64,000 nt of DNA. Source: Octopus sinensis. Taxonomy: Eukaryota. The stretch spans positions 63,054,001-63,118,000 of the forward strand of contig NC_043001.1 in assembly GCF_006345805.1 (NCBI RefSeq). The letters are read 5' to 3'. This document shows positions 1 to 12,936 of this stretch, piece after piece. A program made the position numbers and the translations under genes. Below the pieces are notes generated by a model. The model was not told where the DNA came from and searched no databases. It was given only the letters and a program-made list of their open reading frames with translations. The first letter of the stretch is position 1, and each line of letters begins with the position of its first letter.

Positions 1-520
1 AAATTAACTGCCATGGGGGTACCCATGGGGCAATCCTTTGCCTGGTGGTAAAATTTTTTTCTGAGCTTCATTGTGTTACTTTGTTACACAAACCTCAATA
101 GCATACATAGAAAATTAGATGGAATACTTTTGTCCGACTGTTATTCAAAGGCATTCATGCATGCTTCTACCCCTTCATTATATTGGGCTATGAGGAAGAA
201 ACCCCCATAATTACCAAAAAACAGTTTTCGATATAGCTTTGGTGCTTAAAAAAGTTGTTAAGTTTAGACACTAAATCAAATGTATCCTGAATATAGGAAC
301 TTGATCTTTTTTCAACAGGGGGTAGAAAATCATCCAGCCACTCTGAAATCTTGGCTGTACAACATTCAATGCAAATTGGCTGCATTGGAAGAAATCTTTT
401 GAACTTTTTGTGTATTTTGGGTAGACCACAAAATATAGGTGTTCTTTTTTCTGACCATAAAATCATGGTTTCAGCCTTATTAATGAAATTGTTTTCCTCC
501 ATTTCCAAAATTATTTTGTT
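1..520 (-). mobile_element. Penelope-like element RT fragment (inverted, decayed)
   Basis: Minus strand reads TPIFCGLPKIHK..EWLDDFL..SSYIQDT..FLVIMGVSS and, at 1-55, YHQAK-LPMGTPMAVN across a frameshift (motif B'). Homologous to + strand 3185-3632. Confidence 0.85.
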
Positions 521-524
521 ATGA

Positions 525-870
525 TTTACACTGAAGGTGTATAGATTCCCATTTGGTGTACACAGCACAATGCACCAAATACAACTTGATTTATGTTGGT
601 TGTACAACAGAACAATTAAACAAAAGATTCAATTGGCACAATGGGCAGAACAGCAGTAATTTGACAGAACTTACTGAATAATTTATACCAGATGGCTGCA
701 ATTTTGAAAAAGACTTGAAAGTGAATATTCTCAGAAAATATTCTGAATCTGCTGCACTTTCAGCTCTCAAAATGCTTGAGGAGAAATATGTTTGTGAGTT
801 AGCGTCATGCCCTGAAGTGATGAACAATGTGATAGGGGAATTTCATCATGTTTACACAAAACTGTTCAAT
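525..870 (+). mobile_element. PLE GIY-YIG endonuclease fragment (3' end of ORF)
   Basis: + strand reads HLVYTAQCTKYNLIYVGCTTEQLNKRFNWH..TELTE*F..FEKDLKVNIL..LEEKYVCEL..VYTKLF, a decayed GIY-YIG domain. Confidence 0.8.
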
Positions 871-1857
871 TAAATATTCTGTATTTTTACACTTTTTTCT
901 TTCCTTTTCTTTTTGCCAGTTGTAATCTTTGTCAATGTGGGAAGAGAGGTTGCCCTTGTTCAAATTTTTTGAATTTGAATTTCTATAATTTTGAAATTTC
1001 TATTTATCACTTTTCATTTTGAACTCAACAAAGACAAGCAGGCTGTTGAAATATCATTTGAACCAATAAAATATCTTGTAATTGCATCATGCTCTTTGTA
1101 TTGTCTATTATCATTATTATTGTTGTTCTTCTTCTTTATCTTCTACTCCTCTATTTACATTTGTGAGGAGTTACATCAATCCTTTTAACATGTCAAAATC
1201 AAGTAGATTGAGATGATTGATTTTATGTTACATCAAATAAGAATTGGAACATTTAGAAATTCAGGAAGTTACCTAAACAGTTGGGTGTCTAAACAAAATC
1301 ATAATAAAACGCAAAAGCTAATTTATTAGCTTTTGCGTTTTATTCCTTCTTGCAGTTGACTTTTCAGCCCTGTTAGTTTTCTGGGCCAATGGCTTTTGTA
1401 TTATTCAAATACAAATCACAAAATGAGAAAATGACATTTCTGTCAGTTAAAAAATTTAATCATTTTCATGCTAAAATCAAAAGCGATTTGTCATTTCTGG
1501 ATACGTGCAGATGAGAACAGATAATACCTGATGACCTTACATTGAATATACCAATGTGTGTATCACAGCCTGATAATTCATAGCTTCAAAAGTTTAAATT
1601 GATTGGTTAAAGCAATTCATTTCACATAATATAAGCTATTATTGAACACTGTCATTCAAAATTAATATTGCTTAGTGCAGACATTAAGGAGAATTTGAGT
1701 GTCTTTGAATAGGTATGTTCTAAAAATTGTTTCAGCTATTTGTGTAATTATTTGATGAACTTTGAAAAAATGGAAATTTCATCCCTGAAGACAAAAAATG
1801 GAAAAGCAGCTGAAAAAGCTGATTTTCCATTTCTCTGAGCCAATGGACAAGGGAAAA

Positions 1858-2370
1858 TTTTGGTTAAGAACATTTGCTTTGTAATATGAGAAGTCATTTT
1901 TACTTTCGGTACAAATGTTATGTGACAAACTTATTGATGCCAGGTTGAAAATCATAATGGAAAATTTTCCTGAAATTCCAATACAACCAACCATATCCTC
2001 TCACACAGAATCTCTAACATACAGCCCATACCACACACTGTTCATTCATCACACCAGGAACAATTGTTTTGTTTTGTCGACCAATTTGTTTGGAGATGTT
2101 TATGTTCATGACAGTTTGACTTTATCAGCACCATAGGAACTAATAGCACAGATAACAATGCTATACTTGCCACAAACAAACATAATTCCTACAATTCAAC
2201 AAGTTCATATTATTAATCTCCAAGTTGGTGTGTATGATTGAGGTCTTTTTGCCCTGGCATATGCATTTGAACTGGTCATTGGAAACTCTCCAGAGAAGTT
2301 TTTATTTGATCAATCAAAAATGCAAGCTTGCTTCTAAAACAATAAGTTTGTTTCTTTCCCAAAACTAAAG
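1858..2370 (+). pseudogene. Ulp1/C48-like cysteine protease domain, decayed, upstream of PLE RT
   Basis: One frame with in-frame stops: LCDKLIDARLKII..FP..FIHHTRNNCFVLS..VYVHDSL..QVGVYD*GLFALAYAFELVIGNSPEKFLFDQSKM; matches the H/D/Q..DCG pattern of Ulp1-like peptidases. Confidence 0.7.
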
Positions 2371-2555
2371 GTCTTTTAAATGCCAACAAAAACCACAAAC
2401 GTCACTCACTTTCTATCACCCACCTAGAAAGACAACTAAAAGTATGACTTCTCACACGAACATTCAGAACAAATTCTATCATCCAATAGGTTCCATGTTT
2501 TAAGGAAAGACTTTGAGCAAAACCCAAAAAGTAGTCAGGAATCTAATGAAAGACT

Positions 2556-3632
2556 TTGAAAAACACTTGCCCAAGAAAAGCCATGACACTAGAGAATAAA
2601 TCAGTCATAAATTTATCTAAACTAAAACTTTCACCAGATAATATCTCTGTCTTAAAGCTTGGACTGAGTTTCTGCCCAAGCACTAAGAATTTCGACAAGA
2701 ATAAGCTAGCTCAAGGGCTACTTCAGTTAGTCTGCCATCATAAGCTGAATTAATATTTTTTTGAAAAAATGATAAGAAGAAGAAAACCTATGCTTACTGA
2801 AAAAAAAAAAAATTATGAAGATTGAATCTGACATAATTGGATTTAAAAGAAACTCAATTGGTATCCAGATGGACATTCATAATTGGTTCAGGATGGACAT
2901 TCACAAGCACTACTGGAATTTCTTGAATCTTCTCAGACAGGCATTAGGGAAAGCTTTGCAGCAAGTAGAAAGAAGTTCTGGAATAATCTCACAAATTCTC
3001 AGTATTACGCACTCCGTCATCTAGCTAATAATGTTTCTATTGTTATTAAAATGGCAGATAAGGGAGGTGCTATTGTAATTATGGACAAGAGTGAGTATAT
3101 TTCAGCTTGTGAAGAAATTTGTAGTGACAAAACTTCATATGAGGAATTTCCTGTCAATCCAAACCCCAATTACAGAGAGGAACTTGACAAAATAATTCTG
3201 GAAATGGAGTAAAACAATTTTGTAAAAAAGAATACCTGTATTTTATGGTCTCACCAAAATACACAAAAAGTTCAAAAGACTTCCTCCAATGTGCCCAGTT
3301 TGCTGCAGATATGAATGTTGTATGGCCAAGATTTCAGAGTGGCTGGATGGCTTTCTACTCCCTGTTGCAAAAAGATCAAGTTCCTATATTCAGGATACTT
3401 TTGATTTTGTGTCTAAAATCAACAACTTTATTAAGCACTGAAGCAATGCTGAAAACTGCCTTTTGGTAATCATAGATGTTTCTTCCTTATATCCCAGTAT
3501 TGACCACAATGAAGCATGCATGAATGCCTTTGATAAATGGTCGAACAAAAGAATTCCATCTGATTTTCTATGTATGCTATTGAGGTTTGTGTAACAGGGT
3601 ACCACAATGAAGTTTGGACAAATATTTTACCA
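2556..3632 (+). mobile_element. Penelope-like element ORF, N-terminus and RT (decayed, 3' truncated)
   Basis: VINLSKLKLS..VLKLGLSFCPS, NNLTNSQYYALRHL..IVIKMADKGGAIVIMDKSEY and LVIIDVSSLYPSIDH are typical PLE motifs; frameshifts and stops present. Confidence 0.88.
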
Positions 3633-6600
3633 CTATTGTTGAATAGTCCTTATCTGATTAATGTTTAAAGTCTATTTCCTCTCTACTTTCTCTGGTTGAT
3701 GTTATTATGTTTACTTACTTCCCAGTGTAGTGTGAGAGTTCTATGTTAAATTGTTTCATGGCTATTTGCAACCTGTGACTTTCCCTCGTTATGGCTGACA
3801 TGCAAGAACTAAAATAGGTAATGTAACATAGAAAAACAAGTCTATTTTTATGAATTGTCTCTTGTAACAAATGGTTTGTCATTCCATATAAGAATAGGGA
3901 GCATGATTTTGATACAGCTGTTGGACAGTGTATACAGAAAACTTGGACTTGTAATTATGGGGTTCACTGAGCTGTGTATGAACTGTTGCATATTTAGCCG
4001 TACTGAGTAAAACAAATAATTGGGTGCCAGAGAAATGTGATTGTAGGCACAATGGTACAAATATTGAAAGTGAATGAATGATGTGAGGAATGAGGGAAAG
4101 CTATAAGAATTCAAAAGACAACAATTGTTGCTGGAAGACTTGTGGTCTGGTTGTTAGATCTGGCTTTAGAAAGCTAAACATTATGTATTTGTGAAACATG
4201 AAACTCTGTAAACTTAACCAAAGTATACTAGTGTCAAAACAATTGAAGTGGATCAAAAACACACTTCATATACATACTAACCTTGACTGTGGTAACTTCT
4301 TGGAAAAGAAATTCTCTCTATAAACAATATGTCAGCCTAGAGTTTTGTACACCCCAGCAAATTTAGATTTTACTGTTTAATATAAGAACAGTTTTTAGAA
4401 GGCTGTGAATAAGGGATTTGGTGTCTGTGACTGATGGAGCTTGACTTTACAGAAACACACCCTATTTTTTGATTATGTCATTCATGGCCCAGATTGTGTT
4501 TTTACTTTCAAATGTCTATAAGGAGACAATTACTGCAGTAAAGGTCTTTCCATGTTTGAGTGTACATAAATGTGTTAAATATAAATGTACACAGTTTTAT
4601 ATTAATGGTACTTTGTTCAACTGGATGCTTTGTACTGTTTTGCACTCTGTGTTCTTAATAACTCTGACTCCTACCCATTTTTTTCTGGGTCCTACCACAG
4701 TTTAGTGGAACTTCAGAAAATATTTTCACTAATGTTACACTGCAGAAGGGAGTTCAACTGCCATACAATGACTGTTGAAGTATTCTCCTCCTATTTCATT
4801 AGCGATCTCTGAAACACTTCACCATTCCAGAAATCAATTTACAATGAAATTATTTATGGACTGCGTGAAAGATGTTGGATACTTTGTAATGAAGCTACTT
4901 AAAAACAGTGGCTACCAGTTGTATAGAATCAGTTTCTTTAACTGTTGGAATAATTGCAGGAGAGGACATGTATTTACTTAGTGGTGGTTGGATAACACTG
5001 GCTTGCTTTTGAACATGTAACTTTGTGAATTATCGATAACTAAGGAATATTTCTACTACTATTTACAGTAAATGGTTGTCTTTCTTTTCTTTTTTTTTCA
5101 TTAATGGAGATTTTACAATTTTCTTCCACCATTGATATTTAATAGAATGGGAAAATATTTTAAATATTATTCTCAAGTCCTCCTATAATACACCCATAAA
5201 TGTATACCCTTTTCCCTATGATTTTTACCATGTTGGCATGTATTGGTTAGGCATCATGACATCTCTCCATGTCCCTCAAGAGAAAGATTTATTTATATAC
5301 AGAGTGAGAATGCTTAGACCAGCCACTAATAATTAAAACCAAAACAACATAATTTGAAATATTTATTTATTACTGAAGATTATAGAGTGACTAACTGCGT
5401 TTTTATTCTTCTTCAGAAATGGTCTGTGCACCATCTGATGTGTAAATATATTAATGTCAAATCAGTATATGTTTGAAACAATGTGATATGAAATCAATAT
5501 TTCAACCCAGTTGAGTTGAGCTGCAGCCACCAGGCAACTTTGTAATGTTTATTCTAAGATAGTTCTCTATCAGTTTATATTTATGGGATGAATGATCTGC
5601 TAGGGTCTTTCCATGTTTGAGTGTACATGAATGTGTTAAATATAAATGTACACAGTTTTATATTAATGATACTTTGTTAAACTAGATTCTTGAGGAAAAT
5701 CTAGAATACTACACAGATACTTGGAAGGATCTTGAAACTTGTAGATTTTGTGGAGTAATACATGTTCCCCCATCTTATCTCGGTGTACTAAATTTTACTT
5801 ATTTGAAAGTTCTGTACCATTTACATCAATGTTATAAATTTCTGAGATACATACTTTCTGGTCAGAAGATTTTCTGGTAAAACCAACTACTGCCAGACTA
5901 GTATAAAAGTATCAGAGGTTTTTTTTTCATAGCTTCAATTCTAAATGTTGTTTGGCAGTGACAGAATAGACAACATGAAAAAACAAAATAATGATTCTAA
6001 ATGTTTTAGGAACCTTTGTCTGGCTGTCATTACTTGATTACAGAAAAGATTTTATTTGCCTTCTCTTGTTTTTGTCTGCAATTTTCCCTCTCTTATTTGC
6101 CTGTAGTTTAATTTCAATTTGCAAATTATTAGCAACATGTAATTCTATCAGCAAACTGTCATTGATTTCACAAGTTTCTGCTGATTCTTGATGAGCATTT
6201 CTAAGTTGTCCACTTTAGTATCACCATGTTAATACTGAAGTGGACAACTTTGAAACTTACAGTGGGTTGCATGTCTAGCCTGTTATACCATGTGGCAAAT
6301 GTTGATTGTAGCAAGACTTTTGAAGCAAATAGATGACATGAGTATGCTTTTAAAAGAGGACATATTTAATGGCTCTTGCAACATAATGTCTGGTCTTAAA
6401 CATTAGATTCAGTTTCAGCACATCCTGCAAAATCAATGATTTCATTCTATGGATTGTTGAGAAACAAACCACTGGTTGACAGACTCTGTATGTGTGTCTG
6501 AAGTATTTTTAACCTTCTTTGACTTTAGGAAACTCATTCAGTAGTTCTGGAAATGGTAGCTCTTCAGTACAGAACTCTACTAAATCAGTGCCACACAAAT

Positions 6601-7258
6601 TTAATGTGTAGTATCCACATGGAGAAAAAATTGTGAAAGAATTTTTATCCTTTGTATTCTCTTGTATCTGGCTGTATTAAGGAAATCCTTTTCATATCCT
6701 TGATCCCTGCAATTTCGATGAAATTACAGAGGTCAAGAATATAACCGTGGTGCTTTTATCAGGTTTTCAGTCTCAGAATATGTTCTCTCACAACAATCTT
6801 TAAAAGAGAGAAATCTTTCTTCAATCCTAAAATCACATGCTGTATATTTTCACAATAGCAAATGATAGCTGTTGTCTGATTGATGGCATCTGGTATAGTA
6901 GAACTGTTATAAAAATGCTACTTTATCTTTCATCTTTCACTGAACATGTATTTCATAATGATATTGGAGCAAAGAGAAATGTACTCATTTTGTAATTCAG
7001 CTGACAAATAATGTTCCTGTAACCTTTCTCCTATTTCCTGGCTTCTTTCTTTGACCTTTTTCTTATGGTCCTTCACCATCAAACACATCAGCAGAGGAAA
7101 ACTAGCTATCCTTATTGATGTGGATAATCTTTATTTTGACTTAATTTTCTAGGTTGGTTGCCTCACTGTCAACCACTTCACAGCATAAAGTGGGGTGCAT
7201 TTTAACATTCCACTGATACTAGGCACTTTTATACTGCATAACACACACATGCACACAG

Positions 7259-7290
<32 letters not shown>

Positions 7291-8218
7291 CCTAAATGTG
7301 GTACATGCCATTTTTAGGTGTGTGTGTGATGTTGTATAAGAGCAATCACTCTTAAAGCAAAGTTCAGCTTTACTATAAATAATGGTGTTGTAACTATGGG
7401 CAAAGTAAATAAATTTGCTCCACTGACAGCAACTTCCAGTCCTACTTCACAACTCAGTAATTTAATAGAGCAACTAACTGGAAAATTAATTGCTTCAGCA
7501 AAATTTATCCTGACCATGCTAATATTGAGAAATGAATATCAAATTGCAACATGTGTAGGCCCTGTCTGTGAATGAGTGTGATCCTGTTTGTGTGTGCATG
7601 CCTGTAGTCTTGTTTCAATGAACATGTATGTGCAGGGACATATATGCATTGCTTCCTGTAAATTTGTCATGTTGCAGTATAAACCATGCAGTACAAACCA
7701 ATGATGCTTCACTTATGGGGAACTTTGTGTGTATGCATGCACACACACAAACTGAAGCTTCACTCTGTGGATACTCCGCCTTTATAGTTTCCTTTCATCA
7801 CAATCTTTTTTATTTTTGCTAATGCCACATTACAGTGAATCTAGTCATGTACTGTGTAATGTCGCTGGTAACAGGAAGAACATCCAGCAGTAGAAAACAA
7901 GTCAAACATGAAGCATAAAATTGAGACTAAACACACACACACATATATATATATCCATCCATCCTGTTTGTATCCCACTACTATTCTGTATGTATCCCGG
8001 TTGTTTTGGAATAGGTGCATCATATTCCTGCATGTTGTAGGAGACAAGAAAAAAAAAACTTGGCTTCAGGAGAAGCATCCATCTGTGAAACACTGTTTCA
8101 GAAACTCCTGTCCAACTCATGTCAGCAGGAATAAGATGTATGAATAACAATGATGATGTTGATTGTGTGTCTGTGTGTGTGAGAGAGAAAGGGATAGAGA
8201 GAGAGAGAGAGAGAGAGA

Positions 8219-8251
<33 letters not shown>

Positions 8252-8259
8252 TTTTTAAA

Positions 8260-8445
8260 ATTTATTTTATTTTATCTAGTTTCAGCTCACGAGCTGTGGC
8301 CATACTGGGGCACCGCCATTTGGTGTTGCTACATGATTTTACTTCACGAATGCTTTTTAGCAATTGACATTTGGTGCATGAGAGAGTTCGATGCAGCTGC
8401 CCTCATCTGCACCTCCTGCCGTAAAGTTGGTTCATCCGGGACACA
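8260..8445 (-). mobile_element. 3' end of CR1-group LINE
   Basis: Encodes the [14 protein letters not shown]-terminus also found in the 50794 ORF2, followed by GGCGGTGCCCCAGTATGGCCACAGC and an (ATAAA)n tail. Confidence 0.8.
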
Positions 8446-8516
8446 TCATATACACACACAATCAACATCATCATTGTTATTTATACATCTTATTCCTGCT
8501 GACATGAGTTGGACAG

Positions 8517-11375
8517 ATCTAATTAAGTGCATGAGATGGAAAGCTTTCTTTTTTAATACAGAAGTGGACACCATGGAAAATACTTTCTATCGTATAAAAA
8601 TCTAAAAAATTCCCTCCCAAGATTAAAGGCTTGGAAGATTTTGAAGCGGACCTACTGAAACTTATGAATAAAATAAAATTTCGTAAGTCTTTTAACAATT
8701 TCCAACATAAATTGAAAAAAGATATAAAACATATAAAAGGCTCCAAGAAAAAAGCACTTTTTTCGGATAAAACCAAGAACCTGGTAGATAACAGCAAATA
8801 TTCACAACTCTTACACAACAGCATCATTAATAATTACACAAAGGCTAGGCCACAGACCTATAATGAAATTAATAAAGAAGCTAGTGTTATTGCCGCTAAA
8901 CTTAAATTAGATAAAAAAAATAGAAGTCCTTCCCCAAAAAGAGGCCTTTATTACAATTAAAGACCACAAAGAGAACTTCCTTTCCAACCCTAAATGTAGG
9001 CTTATCAACCCAGCTAAATCAGAACTTGATTATTAGTAAAGAAATTTTAGATAAAATAAATGCAAAAATTAAGACCACTACTAGGCTAGTACAATGGTCC
9101 AATAGTATAGAAGTCGTAGACTGGTTTAAAGCCATTAAGAATAAGAAAAAAGCGAGGTTTACACAATTCAATATTGTTGATTTTTATGCCTCTATCTCTA
9201 AAGAACTGCTAGATAAAGCCCCCGTCTTTGCTAGCGATTTCATAGAAATCAGTAAACAGGATAAGGACATAATCTTCCATGCTAGAAAGACCTTACTTTT
9301 CAGCGAGAACGCAAACTGGGTCAAAAATACCGACACAGAGGGTGCTTTCAATGTGAGCATGGGGTCATATGATGGAGCAGGCATTTGCGATCTTATTGAA
9401 TTTTTTCTACTAGATACTTTAGGTAAGACATTTCCTGATGTATATTTTGCCATTTACAAAGATGATGCCCTCGCTTTAACTGCTAATACAAATGGACCAG
9501 CACAGGATAGTTTTAGGAAGGATATTATCCAATTAATGAAATACTTCGGACTTAGTATAACTATAGATACTAACCTGACGGTTGTCAATTTCCTAGATGT
9601 TTCCTTAGATCTAAATAAGAATATTTATAAGCCTTATAGGAAGCCCAATGATAGACTTAGTTATATTAATGTAGGTTCATGCCATCCGCCTATAGTATTC
9701 AAAAATTTAGTTAAAAATATTAGTAAGAGAATTTCTAGCCTCTCCTCCGATAAGGACAATTTTAATAGCATTGCCCCAGTATTAGTGGTTTTAGCGAAAA
9801 AATAAAATATACACCTGTTACTAGCCCAACAGTAAAGAAGAGGAAAAATAGAAATAGGAAGATCATCTGGTTTACACCCTCTTACTCGCTCGAGGTAACC
9901 TTTAATATAGGTAAATATTTCTTGACACTGATAGATAGACATTTTCCAGTTAACCATACTTATAGGAAACTCTTCAATAAACACAATTTAAAAATTAGTT
10001 TTAGTTCAACTACCAATTTAAAAAATATAATCAAACATAACACACAAAAACCACAACAAGAAAACAGCTGTTCATGCAGGAATAAAAAATTGTGCCCGCT
10101 AAATGGAGCTTGCATGTCCGAGACTATCATCTATGAAGCTACCATAGACTCTATAACCACTAAAAACACCGTTTCGACGAAGAAATACGTAGGCCTTACA
10201 GAGGGTAATTTTAAGGCCAGGTTCAATAATCACACCTTGAGTTTTAGGCACTGGAACAAAAGAAAAGCGACAAAATTATCTAATCATATTTGATCATTAA
10301 AAGATAAAGGTGTCAATTATAACATCCATTGGAAGATTTTGGCCAAATGTAAGCCCTACACCAATGGCAGCGGAAAGTGCGCTCTATGCGACATGGAGAG
10401 ATGGCTTATCTGGAAAAGCAGCTTAGACCCTACTACATGTCTAAACTCAAGGACAGAACTTTTTGGGTCATGACCACATGTAACAAAATTTTTGTTACGG
10501 TTTTGGTCCCCTCAAGAAAACAGATAGAACTTGCTTTCTATATTATGTCCAAAAAAGTTATTTATCTCATTATACCTTTTATTATTTCATATATTTTTAT
10601 ATAGTTTTACACATGATAATTTTTTCTGTACTCTTCCATCCTGCTTTTTTACCTGTGCCTATATACACGTGTATATAGATTCATTTGTACACACATGTGA
10701 ATATGTATGAGTGGGCAGTTTTTGATGGGTGCGTGTGTGTGGGCATAAAAATACATACATATATATATATATAGACGTTTTTACTTAGTATTTCTACAAT
10801 TTTTTAGGTTTTTTTTGGGCATATGTATATTCCTTTTTTTTGTATGCGTGTGTGTATGCGTATATAAACATGTGCGGGTATGTACATATATGGGCGTGTG
10901 TGTGTATGAGTGCATAAGGGCATGTCCGTATATGAACGTGGTTTTTACGCTTATGTTTTTTTCTGTTTGTATACTTATGTTTTTTCTTGTGCTTGTGCGT
11001 ATATAGATGTATGTATGAACTTTTATGGTACGTGCGCGTGTGTGTGTATGAGTTTGTATATATATGCGTATACATTTGGCGAAAAATGCGAGTGAAGATG
11101 TGTACGTTTTCATAGTGACGTATAAGTACGCACGTGGGTCCGCGAGCACACATGTGAGCGTATAAGTAGCCATGTTTATGTGTTTACTATGAACTTTTAA
11201 TCTTAATTTATATAAGTAGCGAAATTATAACACAGTAATTTCCCTTTATATAACGGTATTTTTTCATAGCATTTTTCAGATGGCCAGATAACCGAAGAGA
11301 TGGTGTTGTGGATTTCCACTTCGGCATCTGAAACTCAGAGTTTTATCTTGACTATTGTATAATTGTAACATATTA
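8517..11375 (+). mobile_element. Penelope-like element, Hydra-clade-like (RT + C-terminal GIY-YIG), near full length, frameshifted
   Basis: MRWKAFFF, AFITIKDHKENF..CRLINPAKSE, FNIVDFYASIS, VSMGSYDGA, YKDDAL, NFLDVSLDL, CSCRNKKLCPLNGAC..IIYEA..YVGLTE..FKARFNNH..LSNHI; low-complexity 3' region ending in a hammerhead fold. Clade assignment is from remembered motifs. Confidence 0.9.
11286..11348 (+). ncRNA. Type I minimal hammerhead ribozyme (U4C core variant) at PLE 3' end
   Basis: AGATAA-CCGAAGA-GATG..CATC-T-GAAA-CTCAGAG-TT-TTATCT: 6-bp stem I, stems II and III, core and cleavage triplet in correct order. Confidence 0.7.
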
Positions 11376-11599
11376 TTTTATATATATATATATATTCATA
11401 CCCACATGTATACACACACACATACATACACATAAATATATAAAGACGTATCTTCATATCAAGATAAATATATACATCATCATGTATATATGGAAACAAT
11501 TTTTAAAAACTGTGCAGTGTATGTAATATTAAACTTAAGAAAATTGTACATAAATTTGATATAACATGATTAAATGAATAAACAATAGAAATAAACCTC

Positions 11600-12450
11600 A
11601 GCAAAGCTTAAACTTACATTTGTAAAACAGTCGAAGGCTTTCTTAAAAGTGAAGTCAAAATATGCACTTGTATTGCAATGCAAAATAACTATAACATGTA
11701 AAGTCAAATTCAAATGCGACAGTAAAAAATTTTCCGAAAGTCAAAATATTTTACTCATGCGATATTTTGTCGGTTGACATTTTAAACTTTGCAGCTTGCC
11801 TGCAGGAATTTAAGAACTTGCATTTCTGGTTCAAAGCATTTTTATCCTGGAACAGGATGAAGAACTTTTCTGAGAGGCAACAATTACATTTCATAGGTCT
11901 TTTATAAGCTCCATGTCTGTATGCTGATGCTTTTTCTAGAATTTCCCAGGTTACATTGAAAGGATGGCTATCTTTCTCTTTCAATTCCCAGAGATACTTT
12001 GCAAGACTAATTGCTGTTCTGTTCTTAGGGTATCGGAAAGAATTTCGGTGGGAATAGAATCAAGTCTTCAATGGATTTTCTGATGCCCCTGTATATGTTT
12101 TATATTCTTGTGAGCCATCTATTTTCACTTTGGTTCCATAAACAATTCCTTTCTCAAGACATTTTCCTTCCAACGGACAGCAAGTCTTATATTTGAACTT
12201 GCAGTTCCTCAGATTAAATTTGGCACTGTAGTTGTCTGTAATAATTTTCGTGTTATGCTGGCTAATAAAAGAGGCAAAGTTTTTGCAACAAAAATACCTA
12301 ACATTCACTATGCTCCTATTAAGTATTCTATGGAACATATGGCTAGTTGAAAGGACCAAGGAAACAAAACCATTTTCAAATGTGCATCTATTACCTTATT
12401 TTTGTTCCATTCTAAACAAAAGCATCCTACAAACGGTAATGTGAAACTGT
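11600..12450 (-). mobile_element. Hydra-like PLE 3' fragment (GIY-YIG), tail-to-tail with the previous element
   Basis: CKFKYKTCCPLEGKCLEKGIVY..YTGASE and KEKDSHPFNVTWEILEKA..CNCCLSEKFFI. Confidence 0.85.
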
Positions 12451-12761
12451 AAGTAACATTGTTTGTGATATTTTTGCTGCTTTTTAATAAAGTATATATA
12501 GGTGTGTATACACACACACACATATGTATATATACATACACATATGTATATATATATATATAAGAGATAATGGTGTCATTGAGACCCAAAGGTATCAAGT
12601 AATACTGAATAAGTGCTATAGACAGACCATAGTCAAGTTCCAGATGTGGTAATATTACGAATAAAGGGTTCAACGTTGGTTTTATGTCAGAGTGTGTATA
12701 TAAGAATTTTTTGTGTAATAAAAAAACAACGCTGTATAGATATTAGAGCATTTATAGATAG

Positions 12762-12813
12762 GTCTTACAGCTGTTTCTAGGATATTAATTAATAATATCC
12801 CTTCATCAGAGAT
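12762..12813 (-). ncRNA. Minimal hammerhead ribozyme, canonical core
   Basis: Minus strand ATCT-CTGATGA-AGGGATATT..AATATCCTA-GAAA-CAGCTG-TA-AGAC, with palindromic stem III. Confidence 0.8.
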
Positions 12814-12884
12814 GGTGTGAGAGGAAAAATTAAGTCATAGTTATCACATTGAAACTAACTATGGCTTAATTTTCCTCTCACACT

Positions 12885-12936
12885 GTCTCCGATGAAGGGA
12901 TATTATTAATTAATACCCTAGAAACAGCTGTAAGAC
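12885..12936 (+). ncRNA. Minimal hammerhead ribozyme, U4C core
   Basis: GTCT-CCGATGA-AGGG..CCCTA-GAAA-CAGCTG-TA-AGAC. Confidence 0.75.

Noticed and set aside
1015-1062. Possible hammerhead remnant downstream of the GIY-YIG (CTCAACA..GAAATAT)
   Set aside because: Position is plausible but the core has several mismatches and stem I is unsupported.
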